Source of the DNA: an uncultured Candidatus Bathyarchaeia archaeon
GTDB lineage: Archaea > Thermoproteota > Bathyarchaeia > Bathyarchaeales > Bathycorpusculaceae
Assembly: GCA_964506875.1 (NCBI GenBank)
Contig: CAZDNV010000001.1
Location: 4,853-68,852, forward strand
Reading direction: 5' to 3'
DNA: 64,000 nucleotides
The translations under genes were made by a program, and so were the position numbers. The notes beneath the pieces were generated by a model. That model was given only the letters and a program-made list of their open reading frames with translations, was not told the origin of the DNA and did not search any database. This document shows, one piece after another, positions 8,372-16,845 of the stretch (its first letter is position 1; each line of letters begins with the position of its first letter).

Positions 8372-9604
8372 TTACTCTCTCAACCCCACATACTTGATCA
8401 ACTGATCCACCTTCCTAGTCTGAACCATCTTCTGCAGGTCTTCGAAGATTTTTCGGATCTGGCTAGGGCTTGTGTCCCTTCCGCCCAATCCGTAAACGTA
8501 GTTGACGATGAAAGGACGTGCCCCTGCGTCATAAAGTGCGTGCCGCATTTCATGGAAAACTGCTCCTCCGTTTGCGCCGAAGCCTATGCTCTTGTCCATC
8601 ACTGCAACCGCTTTGGCCTTTTCAAGGGCTTTGAGTATTGCCTCAGCCGGGAACGGTCTGAAAGTGCGAATCCTAAGGAGTCCTGCCTTCACACCTTTCT
8701 CTCTGAGATCGTCTACGACTGTTTTAACGGTTCCGCCTGTCGAACCCAGACAGACTACTGCGATTTCGGCATCGTCAAGCTTGTACTTTTCAAGTAGTCC
8801 GTCACCGTAGCGTCTTCCAGTTAGCTTGGCATATTCCTCATTTACTTGTGGGATTACTTTCATCGCGTTCTTCATGGCTTCTTCCTGCTGTCTCTTGAAT
8901 TCGAAGTAGTAGTTCGGCATCGCCACTGGTCCCATCGTGAGTGGATTTTTTGGGTCAAGCTTGTAGGGCACTGTCTTTCCCTCATGGCTGAGCACTGTTG
9001 GCAGCTGGCGTATTCCCACAAACTTGTTTGCCTCATCATCAGCGAGCGTTTGCACGTTTTCCAGAGTATGGCTCAGCGTGAATCCATCCAAGCCTACTAT
9101 GACTGGCAGCTGAACGTCCAGGTGCTCACCTATCCTAAACGCTTGGAATATCGAATCGTAAACTTCCTGTGCATTCTCGGCGTATATCTGTATCCAACCG
9201 CTGTCCCGCTCTGCCATCGTGTCAGAGTGGTCTCCATGAATGTTCAGCGGTGCCGACAATGCTCTGTTGGCTACTGCCATCACGACGGGGGCGCGGCATC
9301 CTGAAGTCACGAAAAGCATTTCATGCATTAGCGCCAAGCCTGCCGAAGCTGAGGCCGTGAAGGCTCTCGCACCTGTAGCTGACGCTGCTAGACATGCGGC
9401 CATGGCGCTGTGTTCGGATTCGGTGCAGACGAATTCCGTGTTGACTTCGCCATTTGCCACGTACTCGCTGAATTTCTCTACAATGATAGTCTGTGGGGTT
9501 ATGGGATAGGCAGCTACGACGTCGATATCGGCTTGCTTCGCAGCCAACGCGACGGCTTCGTCACCGTTCAAACCTTGAACGTGCTGTTTAACGACAGTTT
9601 TCAT
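8372..9604 (-). CDS. porA: 2-oxoacid:ferredoxin oxidoreductase, alpha subunit
   Basis: POR alpha-like sequence. Start moved to the ATG at 9604 (MKTVVKQ..), which has GGAAGTGAGG upstream and avoids overlap with the delta gene. The ORF track extends to 9667. Confidence 0.85.
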   Translation of the reverse strand: MKTVVKQHVQGLNGDEAVALAAKQADIDVVAAYPITPQTIIVEKFSEYVANGEVNTEFVCTESEHSAMAACLAASATGARAFTASASAGLALMHEMLFVTSGCRAPVVMAVANRALSAPLNIHGDHSDTMAERDSGWIQIYAENAQEVYDSIFQAFRIGEHLDVQLPVIVGLDGFTLSHTLENVQTLADDEANKFVGIRQLPTVLSHEGKTVPYKLDPKNPLTMGPVAMPNYYFEFKRQQEEAMKNAMKVIPQVNEEYAKLTGRRYGDGLLEKYKLDDAEIAVVCLGSTGGTVKTVVDDLREKGVKAGLLRIRTFRPFPAEAILKALEKAKAVAVMDKSIGFGANGGAVFHEMRHALYDAGARPFIVNYVYGLGGRDTSPSQIRKIFEDLQKMVQTRKVDQLIKYVGLRE

Positions 9605-9618
9605 CTTTTCCTCACTTC

Positions 9619-9897
9619 CTATTCGATTTTCATCGTTATTGCCTTTGTTGGGCATTCGTTGGCGCATATTCCGCAGCCCTTGCAGAAGCTGATGTCAAAT
9701 TCGATGTCATCTTTCTTAGGATTCCAGTGTATTGCCCCATCTGGGCAGAAAATGGAGCATAGCAGGCATTTTGTGCATTTTTTCTCGTCTCTTAGTGGAG
9801 TGTAGGTTTTCCAGTCTCCCGTAAGGTACGTGATGCTAGATTTCCAGCATACGCCTGCCGGCGATATTTCCTTCCAGTTTTTCTCTTGGGAACTCAT
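9619..9897 (-). CDS. porD: 2-oxoacid:ferredoxin oxidoreductase, delta (2x[4Fe-4S]) subunit
   Basis: 92 aa. CTKCLLCSIFCP and CKGCGICANECP ferredoxin motifs. Confidence 0.85.
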   Translation of the reverse strand: MSSQEKNWKEISPAGVCWKSSITYLTGDWKTYTPLRDEKKCTKCLLCSIFCPDGAIHWNPKKDDIEFDISFCKGCGICANECPTKAITMKIE

Positions 9898-10472
9898 TCA
9901 GATTTTACCTCCTGATAAGCCTCTTTTACGACGGCAAAGTTTTTCTCTGCCACTTCCGCCCTGAACCGTTCTTTGACCATCTCTTGGATGGTTTCCAAAG
10001 CAACCGCCCCCGTGACACGTGCTACTGCCCCAAGCATGGCCGTGTTTGTTATCGGCATGCCCAAAATCTTGATCGAAATCTCTGATGCAGGAACAGTCCA
10101 AAGCTTGCCCTTCCCTGAGCCGAGCAGCTTTCTCACTTCGGCTGGTGCATCCTTCGTGTTAACGATAATGCTTCCTCCTTCTTCGCTCAAGCCATCCGCA
10201 ACTCTGACTGACTTCAGCAGTGTCGGATCCAAAACGGCTACAACATCAGGATTGTAAACTGCACAGTGCAGTTGAATCGGCTCGGTGCTTATTCTCGTGA
10301 AGGCGGTCACTGGAGCCCCCATTCTCTCTGGGCCGAATTCTGGAAATGACTGGATATACTTGCCTTCAGAAATAGCGGCTCTGGCAAGCAGTTCGCTTGC
10401 CGTCCATGCTCCTTGTCCCCCTCTACCATGCCATCTGACTTCCAGAATCTTCTTCAATATTCTTCTCCTCAA
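9894..10472 (-). CDS. porG: 2-oxoacid:ferredoxin oxidoreductase, gamma subunit
   Basis: HGRGGQGA signature. 4-nt overlap with the delta gene. An alternative TTG start at 10457 has GAGGAG upstream. Confidence 0.85.
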   Translation of the reverse strand: MRRRILKKILEVRWHGRGGQGAWTASELLARAAISEGKYIQSFPEFGPERMGAPVTAFTRISTEPIQLHCAVYNPDVVAVLDPTLLKSVRVADGLSEEGGSIIVNTKDAPAEVRKLLGSGKGKLWTVPASEISIKILGMPITNTAMLGAVARVTGAVALETIQEMVKERFRAEVAEKNFAVVKEAYQEVKSE

Positions 10473-10597
10473 TGATCTTTCACCTTAGTTGCAGAAGCCA
10501 GCATATACACTTTTCTAGGAGAACATAGAGAAAGAAACGTCAAGGCTAAGAAGGGTTTTTCAATACGTAAGTCTCGTTTCAGAGGAGAATTGGCGCC

Positions 10598-12100
10598 ATG
10601 AGCGGTAAGATAGTCTTGACCGCTGACAGCACTCTTATGAGCGATTATCGACAAAACGAGTTTCTAGGTTTCGGAACATGCGCGCCGCCAAACTTCATTC
10701 CGAACTGGCTCTACAAATGGCTCTTTTTCCCGCCTATGAAGGCAAGAGAGGGTCTGCCAGTCGCGGCACCGTATGGCCTGAGAAAGATCGAAGCCCAGCT
10801 GCTGGATGATGGCTTTGACGTGACGACTGTTGACCCGAACCATCTTAGAGAATACATTGATGAGGCTAAGGTTTTAGGCATTCATGTCATGGATCCTTTC
10901 GGCTTGGGCCCAGCTTCAACTACTCTTGCATCCATTCTCAAGAAGGAGCCATTCTTGGCTCAGTACTTCCGCGCCTTGATGTGCAGTTCAGATGTTAGGA
11001 AAGCGAAAAGACGAGGGTTGAAAATCATAGTAGGCGGCCCTGGCTCTTGGCAATTTCAATACAGGCCAAGGTTCACTAGAGAGTGCGGAATAGACTGCGT
11101 CGTCACTGGAGAGGCTGAAAACGTAATCGGAAAAATTGTGCAAGCCGCCCTTGACGGCAAAGACCTCCCAGAGTCCTACGAGGTAAGAACTGAAGAAACC
11201 CCAACTTTGGACGAGATCCCAGAAATCGTAAATCCCTCAGTTAACGGTTTAATAGAGATAGGCCGCGGATGCTGCCGTGGCTGTCAGTTCTGCAGCGTTA
11301 CTTTGAGACCGCTCAGATGGTTCCCTTATGAAAAGATAATGCGGGAACTAAATGTTAACCTAGATAGAGGAAACACGAATGGAGCCTGTCTTCACGCCGA
11401 GGATGTTATGCTTTATGGCTCCAAGAACACCATGCCAAATGACGAGAAACTCCTTGGACTTCACAGGATGATCATGAAGAAATGCGGTGGCATAGCGTGG
11501 AGCCACTGTTCACTGGCAGCGGTAGTATCAAGGCCAAAGCTTCTCTTAGAAGTCGCTGAGCTGGTTCAAATGAAACAGCCATGGTGGGGCGTCGAGATTG
11601 GCATAGAAACCGGGTCGCCGGAGCTTGCAAAGAAGATTATGCCTGCAAAGGCACACCCCTTCAAACCTGATGAGTGGCCACATGTTGTGCGTGAAGGTAT
11701 GGGATTGATGCATGACAGTAAGCTAGTACCTGCAAGCACACTGATCGTAGGGTCTCCTGAAGAGACAGAAGATGATTTGATCAAGACAATTGAGCTGATG
11801 GATGACCTTAGAGGATTCAGAAGTCTAATTGTCCCCTTGTTCTTTGTACCTATGGGAAGACTGAAAGACGAAGACTGGTTCAAAGACACGCAGATGACCG
11901 AATTGCATCAACAACTGCTGGCTAAATGCCTGGAACACGATTTTCGCTGGATAGACGACCTGATCGGCTTAGCATTTGCCCGAAGCTACTATGCAAGACT
12001 ATTCAGGCCCTTCTACAGAGCGTTTGTGAGAATAGCGAGATACAAGGCGAGAAAAGCAGGGATAGGAGCCAAAGACAAGGTTCTGTCAAGTCTTCGGTGA
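10598..12100 (+). CDS. B12-binding-domain radical SAM protein
   Basis: 500 aa. CCRGCQFC (CxxxCxxC) cluster motif after an N-terminal Rossmann-like (B12-type) region. Confidence 0.75.
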   Translation: MSGKIVLTADSTLMSDYRQNEFLGFGTCAPPNFIPNWLYKWLFFPPMKAREGLPVAAPYGLRKIEAQLLDDGFDVTTVDPNHLREYIDEAKVLGIHVMDPFGLGPASTTLASILKKEPFLAQYFRALMCSSDVRKAKRRGLKIIVGGPGSWQFQYRPRFTRECGIDCVVTGEAENVIGKIVQAALDGKDLPESYEVRTEETPTLDEIPEIVNPSVNGLIEIGRGCCRGCQFCSVTLRPLRWFPYEKIMRELNVNLDRGNTNGACLHAEDVMLYGSKNTMPNDEKLLGLHRMIMKKCGGIAWSHCSLAAVVSRPKLLLEVAELVQMKQPWWGVEIGIETGSPELAKKIMPAKAHPFKPDEWPHVVREGMGLMHDSKLVPASTLIVGSPEETEDDLIKTIELMDDLRGFRSLIVPLFFVPMGRLKDEDWFKDTQMTELHQQLLAKCLEHDFRWIDDLIGLAFARSYYARLFRPFYRAFVRIARYKARKAGIGAKDKVLSSLR

Positions 12101-12214
12101 AAACGAGCCTGCAAAGACTTCTGTAAAAATTCGGTGATACTCGATCTCTACGATTGATCAGATTGTTTGTAAAGCTGTTACTTTTCAGTTGCCGAGCTAA
12201 ATCTTATATTGAAA

Positions 12215-12379
12215 ATGGGTGATACACCAATCAAGGAGAGGTTATTGGTGACGGAAAAAATCTACGTTAGAAAACATTGTAACTGTCCCCATTGTGGAAA
12301 AAAGGTTGAAGTCGTAATTCGCCATGATACACCTAGTCTGCAAGTCTGGCTTAGGAAGCCAAAAGATAGCTCTCATTGA
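12215..12379 (+). CDS. small hypothetical CxC..CxxC protein (54 aa)
   Basis: ATG-to-TGA ORF found by hand (MGDTPIKE..HCNCPHCGKK..). It is below the ORF-track length cutoff. No RBS or homology support. Confidence 0.2.
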   Translation: MGDTPIKERLLVTEKIYVRKHCNCPHCGKKVEVVIRHDTPSLQVWLRKPKDSSH

Positions 12380-12413
12380 TAGAAATAGGTTCGCTAGTGC
12401 TTACCACTCGATT

Positions 12414-13541
12414 CTATTCTTCATAGCTTGCATTTTGGATTAGAGTTAACCATTTGTTCTTACCTTTTACTGTAATTCCGCAGGCTTCCGCTGGAGTCTT
12501 TCCTTCTAGCCCTTCATGGCCTCTAATGTAATTGTGGAAAAGCTGGTATCCTGCCAAGATTGGAGTGTCATTCCTCTTAAGTCCTCTCATTGTCTTTTCT
12601 CTGTCTCGGATTTCTCCGTTGAAGCGTTCCATCTTGTTGTTGTTCTTGTCCCCTCTAATCGTGATGTGACGGATATGCTCTGTTCTGGGCTTTGTTTTTG
12701 TCCAGAACTCCTTCATGTAGGCAAGGTGATAACTGTGCAATCCGTCAGTAATCAACGTTTTTGGCTGTTTTCCAGCTACCTTCTTGCCCATTTGGAAAAG
12801 CTGTCTGGCATCATGCTTCTGCTTCGACTCTGCAACTTCTTGAGCTATCCAGAAACGAGTTTCATCGTCCATCAAGGCGAAGAGATATTTCATGTCGCCT
12901 TTTATTTTGACGTATAGTTCGTCTGCTCTCCAAGTGTCGCTTACGTTTGGAACTATCTTCTCAACATAATCTTGCATCAACTTAACATACTTGCGAATCC
13001 AATTGTAAACCGTCTGATGTGAGACCTCAACACCTAACAATTTCAGAGATTTCATCGTGTTTCTCAATGATTCACCGCTAAAGTAGAGTTGCATGGCGCT
13101 AGTGATTGCTTGTGGGTTGTGCTTCATCTTTTCAAAGCCAATGTTCACACTGAACGTTTTTCCACAGTCTTCACACAAGAAACGCTGAATATCCGCACTC
13201 TTGTTATGCCTCACTTCAAACTTCTTAATGCGTGGTGAATGGCAGTAGAGACAATTTGAAATGGCTACTTCCTCAATCACAATGTTCGCTCTTACTCGTT
13301 CTCTCATTTTGAGGCTAAACTCTACAGCCCAAATATGCTTGCACTTCACACTACGAAACCGATGATCTGGACACTCACAACGCCATTCATCCTCAGAGAG
13401 ACAAACAGCATACTCGCCGTTTCCACTCTGAGAAAGAACCCTGTAAGTAGAGGCATCAAACCGAATGATTTGACTTTCTTTGGCCCTTGCGATTTCTAAG
13501 CCCCTTGATTCGCGGAGATTCGTTGTTTGTTGCGCGTTCAT
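12414..13541 (-). mobile_element. IS6-family-type DDE transposase gene with N-terminal SWIM and Zn-ribbon modules (IS ends not defined)
   Basis: 375 aa. CECPDHRFRSVKCKHIWAV (SWIM-like). DDE region WRADELYVKIKGDMKYLFALMDDETR, LITDGLHSY, NNKMERFNGEIRDR match the IS6/IS26-type pattern. Confidence 0.8.
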
Positions 13542-13546
13542 TTTTA

Positions 13547-13599
13547 GGCACCTAACAGGTGTTAGGTACCTAATGCTATTTATGCTTTTCGGTACCTAA
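13547..13599. repeat. three copies of GG(C/T)ACCTAA plus a palindrome in the transposase/AbrB-like divergent intergenic region
   Basis: ggcacctaa at 13547-13555, ggtacctaa at 13565-13573 and 13591-13599. cctaaca-gg-tgttagg forms an inverted repeat, and ttaggtacctaa is a perfect palindrome. Confidence 0.5.
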
Positions 13600-13608
13600 A
13601 GTTTTTAT

Positions 13609-13824
13609 ATGGGAACTGTGGATAAGATATTGGGTACTAACTTGAGACTGCAAAAGCAACTATCTAGAAAAGTTGGAGAGAAGGAATACCCTAAATACGT
13701 TATTACCATTTCACCCAAACAGATAGAAAAACTGGGGTGGAGAGAAGGTCAAGATTTAGATGGAAAGATACGACAAGGCAAGCTTATAATCGCGGTATCT
13801 AGAGAAAACGAAGAACACAAGTGA
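13609..13824 (+). CDS. AbrB/SpoVT-like small DNA-binding protein
   Basis: 71 aa. The ITISPKQIEKLGWREGQDL..GKLII pattern is typical of swapped-hairpin AbrB/MazE-type domains. Confidence 0.5.
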   Translation: MGTVDKILGTNLRLQKQLSRKVGEKEYPKYVITISPKQIEKLGWREGQDLDGKIRQGKLIIAVSRENEEHK

Positions 13825-13828
13825 TCTT

Positions 13829-14716
13829 TTATGGAGAAGGATATGCTTTTTTGAACGCATCGCTTGCCAAACCCGATTGAGCTAGACCTTGGCTAAGACC
13901 TTTCGTAATAATGTCTAAGAATTTGTTGTAGTTTCCTGAGACTTCGGTTTCGGATAGTTCTCTAAACCCGCCACTGTTTATGACCGCAACTTTAGTCATG
14001 CCCCCAGTGTATCTGTCTGATGTTTTGACTTCGTTGATGACATATGATGAAAACATTGTCGCGTCTTCTACGCTCAGAGTTGACCAAGTTATATGAAAAG
14101 CATTCATGCTTCGTTTTATTTGTTTCATTAACAAGTCTGCTAACGCTGATCCAGAGCCAAGCGTTTCATATTCATCAATAGGGTTTACCCAACCAGCAGG
14201 TTCAAGCAAATATAGACCGAATGACATTTGACCATTAATATCTTCCAGTTTTGCTCCAAGAATGGACACAGGATGAAAGAACATCCCGACTTCAGCTAAT
14301 CCCAAGAACCTTGACCTTTCAACATTGTGTTTTCGGTGTAGTTCTAACAAAACACTCAAAACGTTTTCCCGCAATTGCCTATCGCTAAACCTTTGATCTC
14401 CGAGACCCTCAGCCAATTCCTCGACACACATTTTAATTTGAGCCGAATCTCCTGATCCAGCAAGGGCTAGGTAAGCTGGTTGTCTTCCCTTTGGTATTGG
14501 AAAAATCTTGTTTTCGTCCAAACTTTTCATGTCTAATCCTTTTTTGTATGATCCTTGGCTGTCACAAGCAAGCACGATTCCATCATTGCATTTTATCCCG
14601 ACTACTGTAGTCAAAGGTTTCACTTCATGTGTTAGGTATCTAAATCTTGGTCTTAAGCCTTCTGAACTATCTTCCTCTTTCAATCTGTCACCCTTATGGG
14701 TCAAACGAAGATTCAA
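13829..14716 (-). CDS. divergent proteasome-beta-like Ntn (Thr) hydrolase with a C-terminal extension
   Basis: 295 aa. TTVVGIKCNDGIVLACD gives Thr1 and Asp17 spacing. NKIFPI is a Lys33-like position, and LAGSGDSAQ and TLGSGSALA are present. The true start may be the in-frame GTG, giving MKPL|TTVVG. Confidence 0.7.
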   Translation of the reverse strand: MNLRLTHKGDRLKEEDSSEGLRPRFRYLTHEVKPLTTVVGIKCNDGIVLACDSQGSYKKGLDMKSLDENKIFPIPKGRQPAYLALAGSGDSAQIKMCVEELAEGLGDQRFSDRQLRENVLSVLLELHRKHNVERSRFLGLAEVGMFFHPVSILGAKLEDINGQMSFGLYLLEPAGWVNPIDEYETLGSGSALADLLMKQIKRSMNAFHITWSTLSVEDATMFSSYVINEVKTSDRYTGGMTKVAVINSGGFRELSETEVSGNYNKFLDIITKGLSQGLAQSGLASDAFKKAYPSP

Positions 14717-14909
14717 AAAAACAGACTACAGTTTACACATCGACCGCTTTGATGGGCTAACCATCAACCGAGAAGTTGAATATGCGTCTCCATCACCGAT
14801 TTTTTACACGGACTCGTAGGGCTCGTTTTCACCGAAGACTTGACAGAACCAAAGACAACTAGGCTTAAATATCACCACAAAACTCAGACAATAAGCACCT
14901 TAACAATGG

Positions 14910-14986
14910 GCCGCCGTAGCTCAGCTAGGTAGAGCGGCTGGCTGTTAACCAGTCGGTCATAGGTTCAAGTCCTATCGGCGGCGCCA
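14910..14986 (+). tRNA. tRNA-Asn (GTT), CCA encoded
   Basis: Hand fold: acceptor GCCGCCG/CGGCGGC, D arm GCTC..GAGC, anticodon arm GCTGG-CTGTTAA-CCAGT, T arm ATAGG-TTCAAGT-CCTAT, discriminator G, CCA. Confidence 0.95.
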
Positions 14987-14987
14987 C
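14963..14987. repeat. attL-like core (25-bp exact direct repeat, inside the tRNA-Asn 3' end)
   Basis: gttcaagtcctatcggcggcgccac is identical to 17409-17433. Confidence 0.85.
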
Positions 14988-15098
14988 TCACAAACCGAGG
15001 ACTGCCAGTCTTTTGCCCTCCAGAATCCCCTTTTTTGCATTCCTCTAACCTGACGCGCGCTAGATACCGTTATTACCAGATCAATAGGATAGTCATAT

Positions 15099-15941
15099 TT
15101 GTGGTTGGTGGGACAATTGACGCTTATCATAACAGAGCTTTCTTCATTGGGAATAGTGATGGTGGGCGACACTGCTCAATCAGTCGAAAGCCTCCTCCCG
15201 AATCGGGCAATAGGAGAAAGAGCATTCTTTGGGTTGATTAAGGTAATACCCATTATGAGACTGCGTGCTGGGGCTTCGTACTGGGGATGGACCAAGATGC
15301 CTCCTGACGAGAATACTGGTGTGTGGCTAGACTGGTGGTTGCAAGATTTCATCGACAGAAGACATGGCGAATACGAAACAGTTGAAGGTCTCGCACGATT
15401 GCTGGAACATGAATTGCGAGGACTTGTTCCTAGGTTAACAGAGGATGAGCTTTCTGCAATGCCCTTCGGTCAAGGAGGAATTCACCTTGCAGGCTTTGCT
15501 GACGACGACGGACGGAGAGTGCCATGTTTTTGGCATATACATAATGGAAGAAGCCAAGCATTCCTAGGAAGAAATCTCGACCCACATATAGTCAATGCCA
15601 ATTATGATTGCCCGCCAACTAGATTCCTGGAATTTGATAGACGGGGTCATACTTATGTGACCAGAAATGGTGATATAGACGCATATGGGCGATTCTTCGA
15701 AAGACATTTGGTGGGCTACGTGGAAGAATTAAATCGTGAACTCGGAATACTAGCCCCTCTCCCGCTGCTATCGACTCGTGCGGAGTTTTGGAGTGCACAG
15801 ATTGAGTTCATATCGGCGTTGTATGAAGCGAGCGGGTTAACTGTTAACGGAGGCATCATACAGATGGTCAAAGGAATAGGGGATCAGGTAACAACTCTGA
15901 CAATTACACCTTCAGATATCCGAAGCTATTTTACTCGTTGA
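15099..15941 (+). CDS. hypothetical protein with a proteasome-beta/Ntn-like N-terminal signature
   Basis: 280 aa. (TTG)-TLIITELSSLGIVMVGDTAQ places Thr directly after a possible TTG start at 15117, with Asp 16 residues later. IKVIPI and GGIHLAGFADDDG..FWHIHNG resemble beta-subunit blocks. Function is inferred only from these motifs. Confidence 0.4.
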   Translation: MWLVGQLTLIITELSSLGIVMVGDTAQSVESLLPNRAIGERAFFGLIKVIPIMRLRAGASYWGWTKMPPDENTGVWLDWWLQDFIDRRHGEYETVEGLARLLEHELRGLVPRLTEDELSAMPFGQGGIHLAGFADDDGRRVPCFWHIHNGRSQAFLGRNLDPHIVNANYDCPPTRFLEFDRRGHTYVTRNGDIDAYGRFFERHLVGYVEELNRELGILAPLPLLSTRAEFWSAQIEFISALYEASGLTVNGGIIQMVKGIGDQVTTLTITPSDIRSYFTR

Positions 15942-16747
15942 GCGCGGGCGCAATGAAAAGAAACTTTTCTGACAAAGAGTTGTGGAACAAAATCTATGCT
16001 AATTTTGATAATGAGATTTGCAGAAAGTGTTGTCAGCAGATATTCTCTTCTTCTCCTGCTAAATACATAAGCAAACCCCAACCCATGCCTTACATCGGTC
16101 CCGATTTCCGTAGAAGTAAACAGCATTTAATGTTTGTAGGAATCGAAACCTACGGCAATTGGCCTCCAAGAAAGTGTCTCCAAAATAGAGGATACTGTGA
16201 ATTTGGTACGGCGGAAGTTGAGAGGTTGTTCTTTGAAAGGCAGAAAGAAAAGAGTAGAATAAAATACAGTCCATTCTGGAGATGGGTCAAGGAAATATCA
16301 ATGGAAGTTACTTCGCCCACAAAGGATCCTCAAGAAGCCTTCAGGCGCATAGCATATTCGAATCTACACAAATGTCAGGTCAGAGATGGACCCACAAGAA
16401 AGGATTTTGATGACCGGAAATACCAATTGGACGAATTGTCCTTCAGAAATTGCATCCAAAGAGCAGGCTGGATATATAAGGAGATTGAGGAAATAGGAGC
16501 AACAAACATTGTTGTCTTTTCTGGGACCAAAAAAAAGAATCTGCTTGCGCGGATATTTCTTGGCAAGGATCAAGAACTTGCCAAGTGGAAGGGTCGTTAT
16601 CTCTTCGTTCATCTGAAAGATGGAAAGAGAAGAATCATTGTAGTGAATCATCCGCACGGAACACTAAAAGCTGTACGCAAGAGAATTGCCAAAACAATAA
16701 GAGAGGATGATTGGAGCACAGCGCGGGCTTGGAAAATGCCGAATTGA
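15938..16747 (+). CDS. hypothetical protein with uracil-DNA-glycosylase-superfamily-like motif order
   Basis: 269 aa. 4-nt overlap with the previous ORF (or an ATG at 15953). LMFVGIETYG sits where UDG family 4 has GEAPG. AYSNLHKC, NIVVFSG and IIVVNHPHG (versus HPS) follow in the expected order. Confidence 0.35.
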   Translation: MSAGAMKRNFSDKELWNKIYANFDNEICRKCCQQIFSSSPAKYISKPQPMPYIGPDFRRSKQHLMFVGIETYGNWPPRKCLQNRGYCEFGTAEVERLFFERQKEKSRIKYSPFWRWVKEISMEVTSPTKDPQEAFRRIAYSNLHKCQVRDGPTRKDFDDRKYQLDELSFRNCIQRAGWIYKEIEEIGATNIVVFSGTKKKNLLARIFLGKDQELAKWKGRYLFVHLKDGKRRIIVVNHPHGTLKAVRKRIAKTIREDDWSTARAWKMPN

Positions 16748-16845
16748 CGCGCGCTTCATGGATTTTGAGAGATACGCTAATCAAGAATAGATAGATTGAA
16801 ATTGCACCGAGGGTTATCTAAATGCTTAGATAAATATTAGCGACA

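Noticed and set aside
12380-13600. Terminal inverted repeats and target-site duplication defining the IS6-type element.
   Set aside because: I could not find convincing IRs by eye within about 100 nt of either gene end. The GGTACCTAA repeats occur only on one side. The IS boundaries are therefore left undefined.
14629-14643. The 14/15 match gtgttaggta(t/c)ctaa shared with 13559-13573, as a second operator or repeat end.
   Set aside because: Hundreds of 14/15 matches are expected by chance among all position pairs in 64 kb. Only the proximity is suggestive, so it is not called as a feature.
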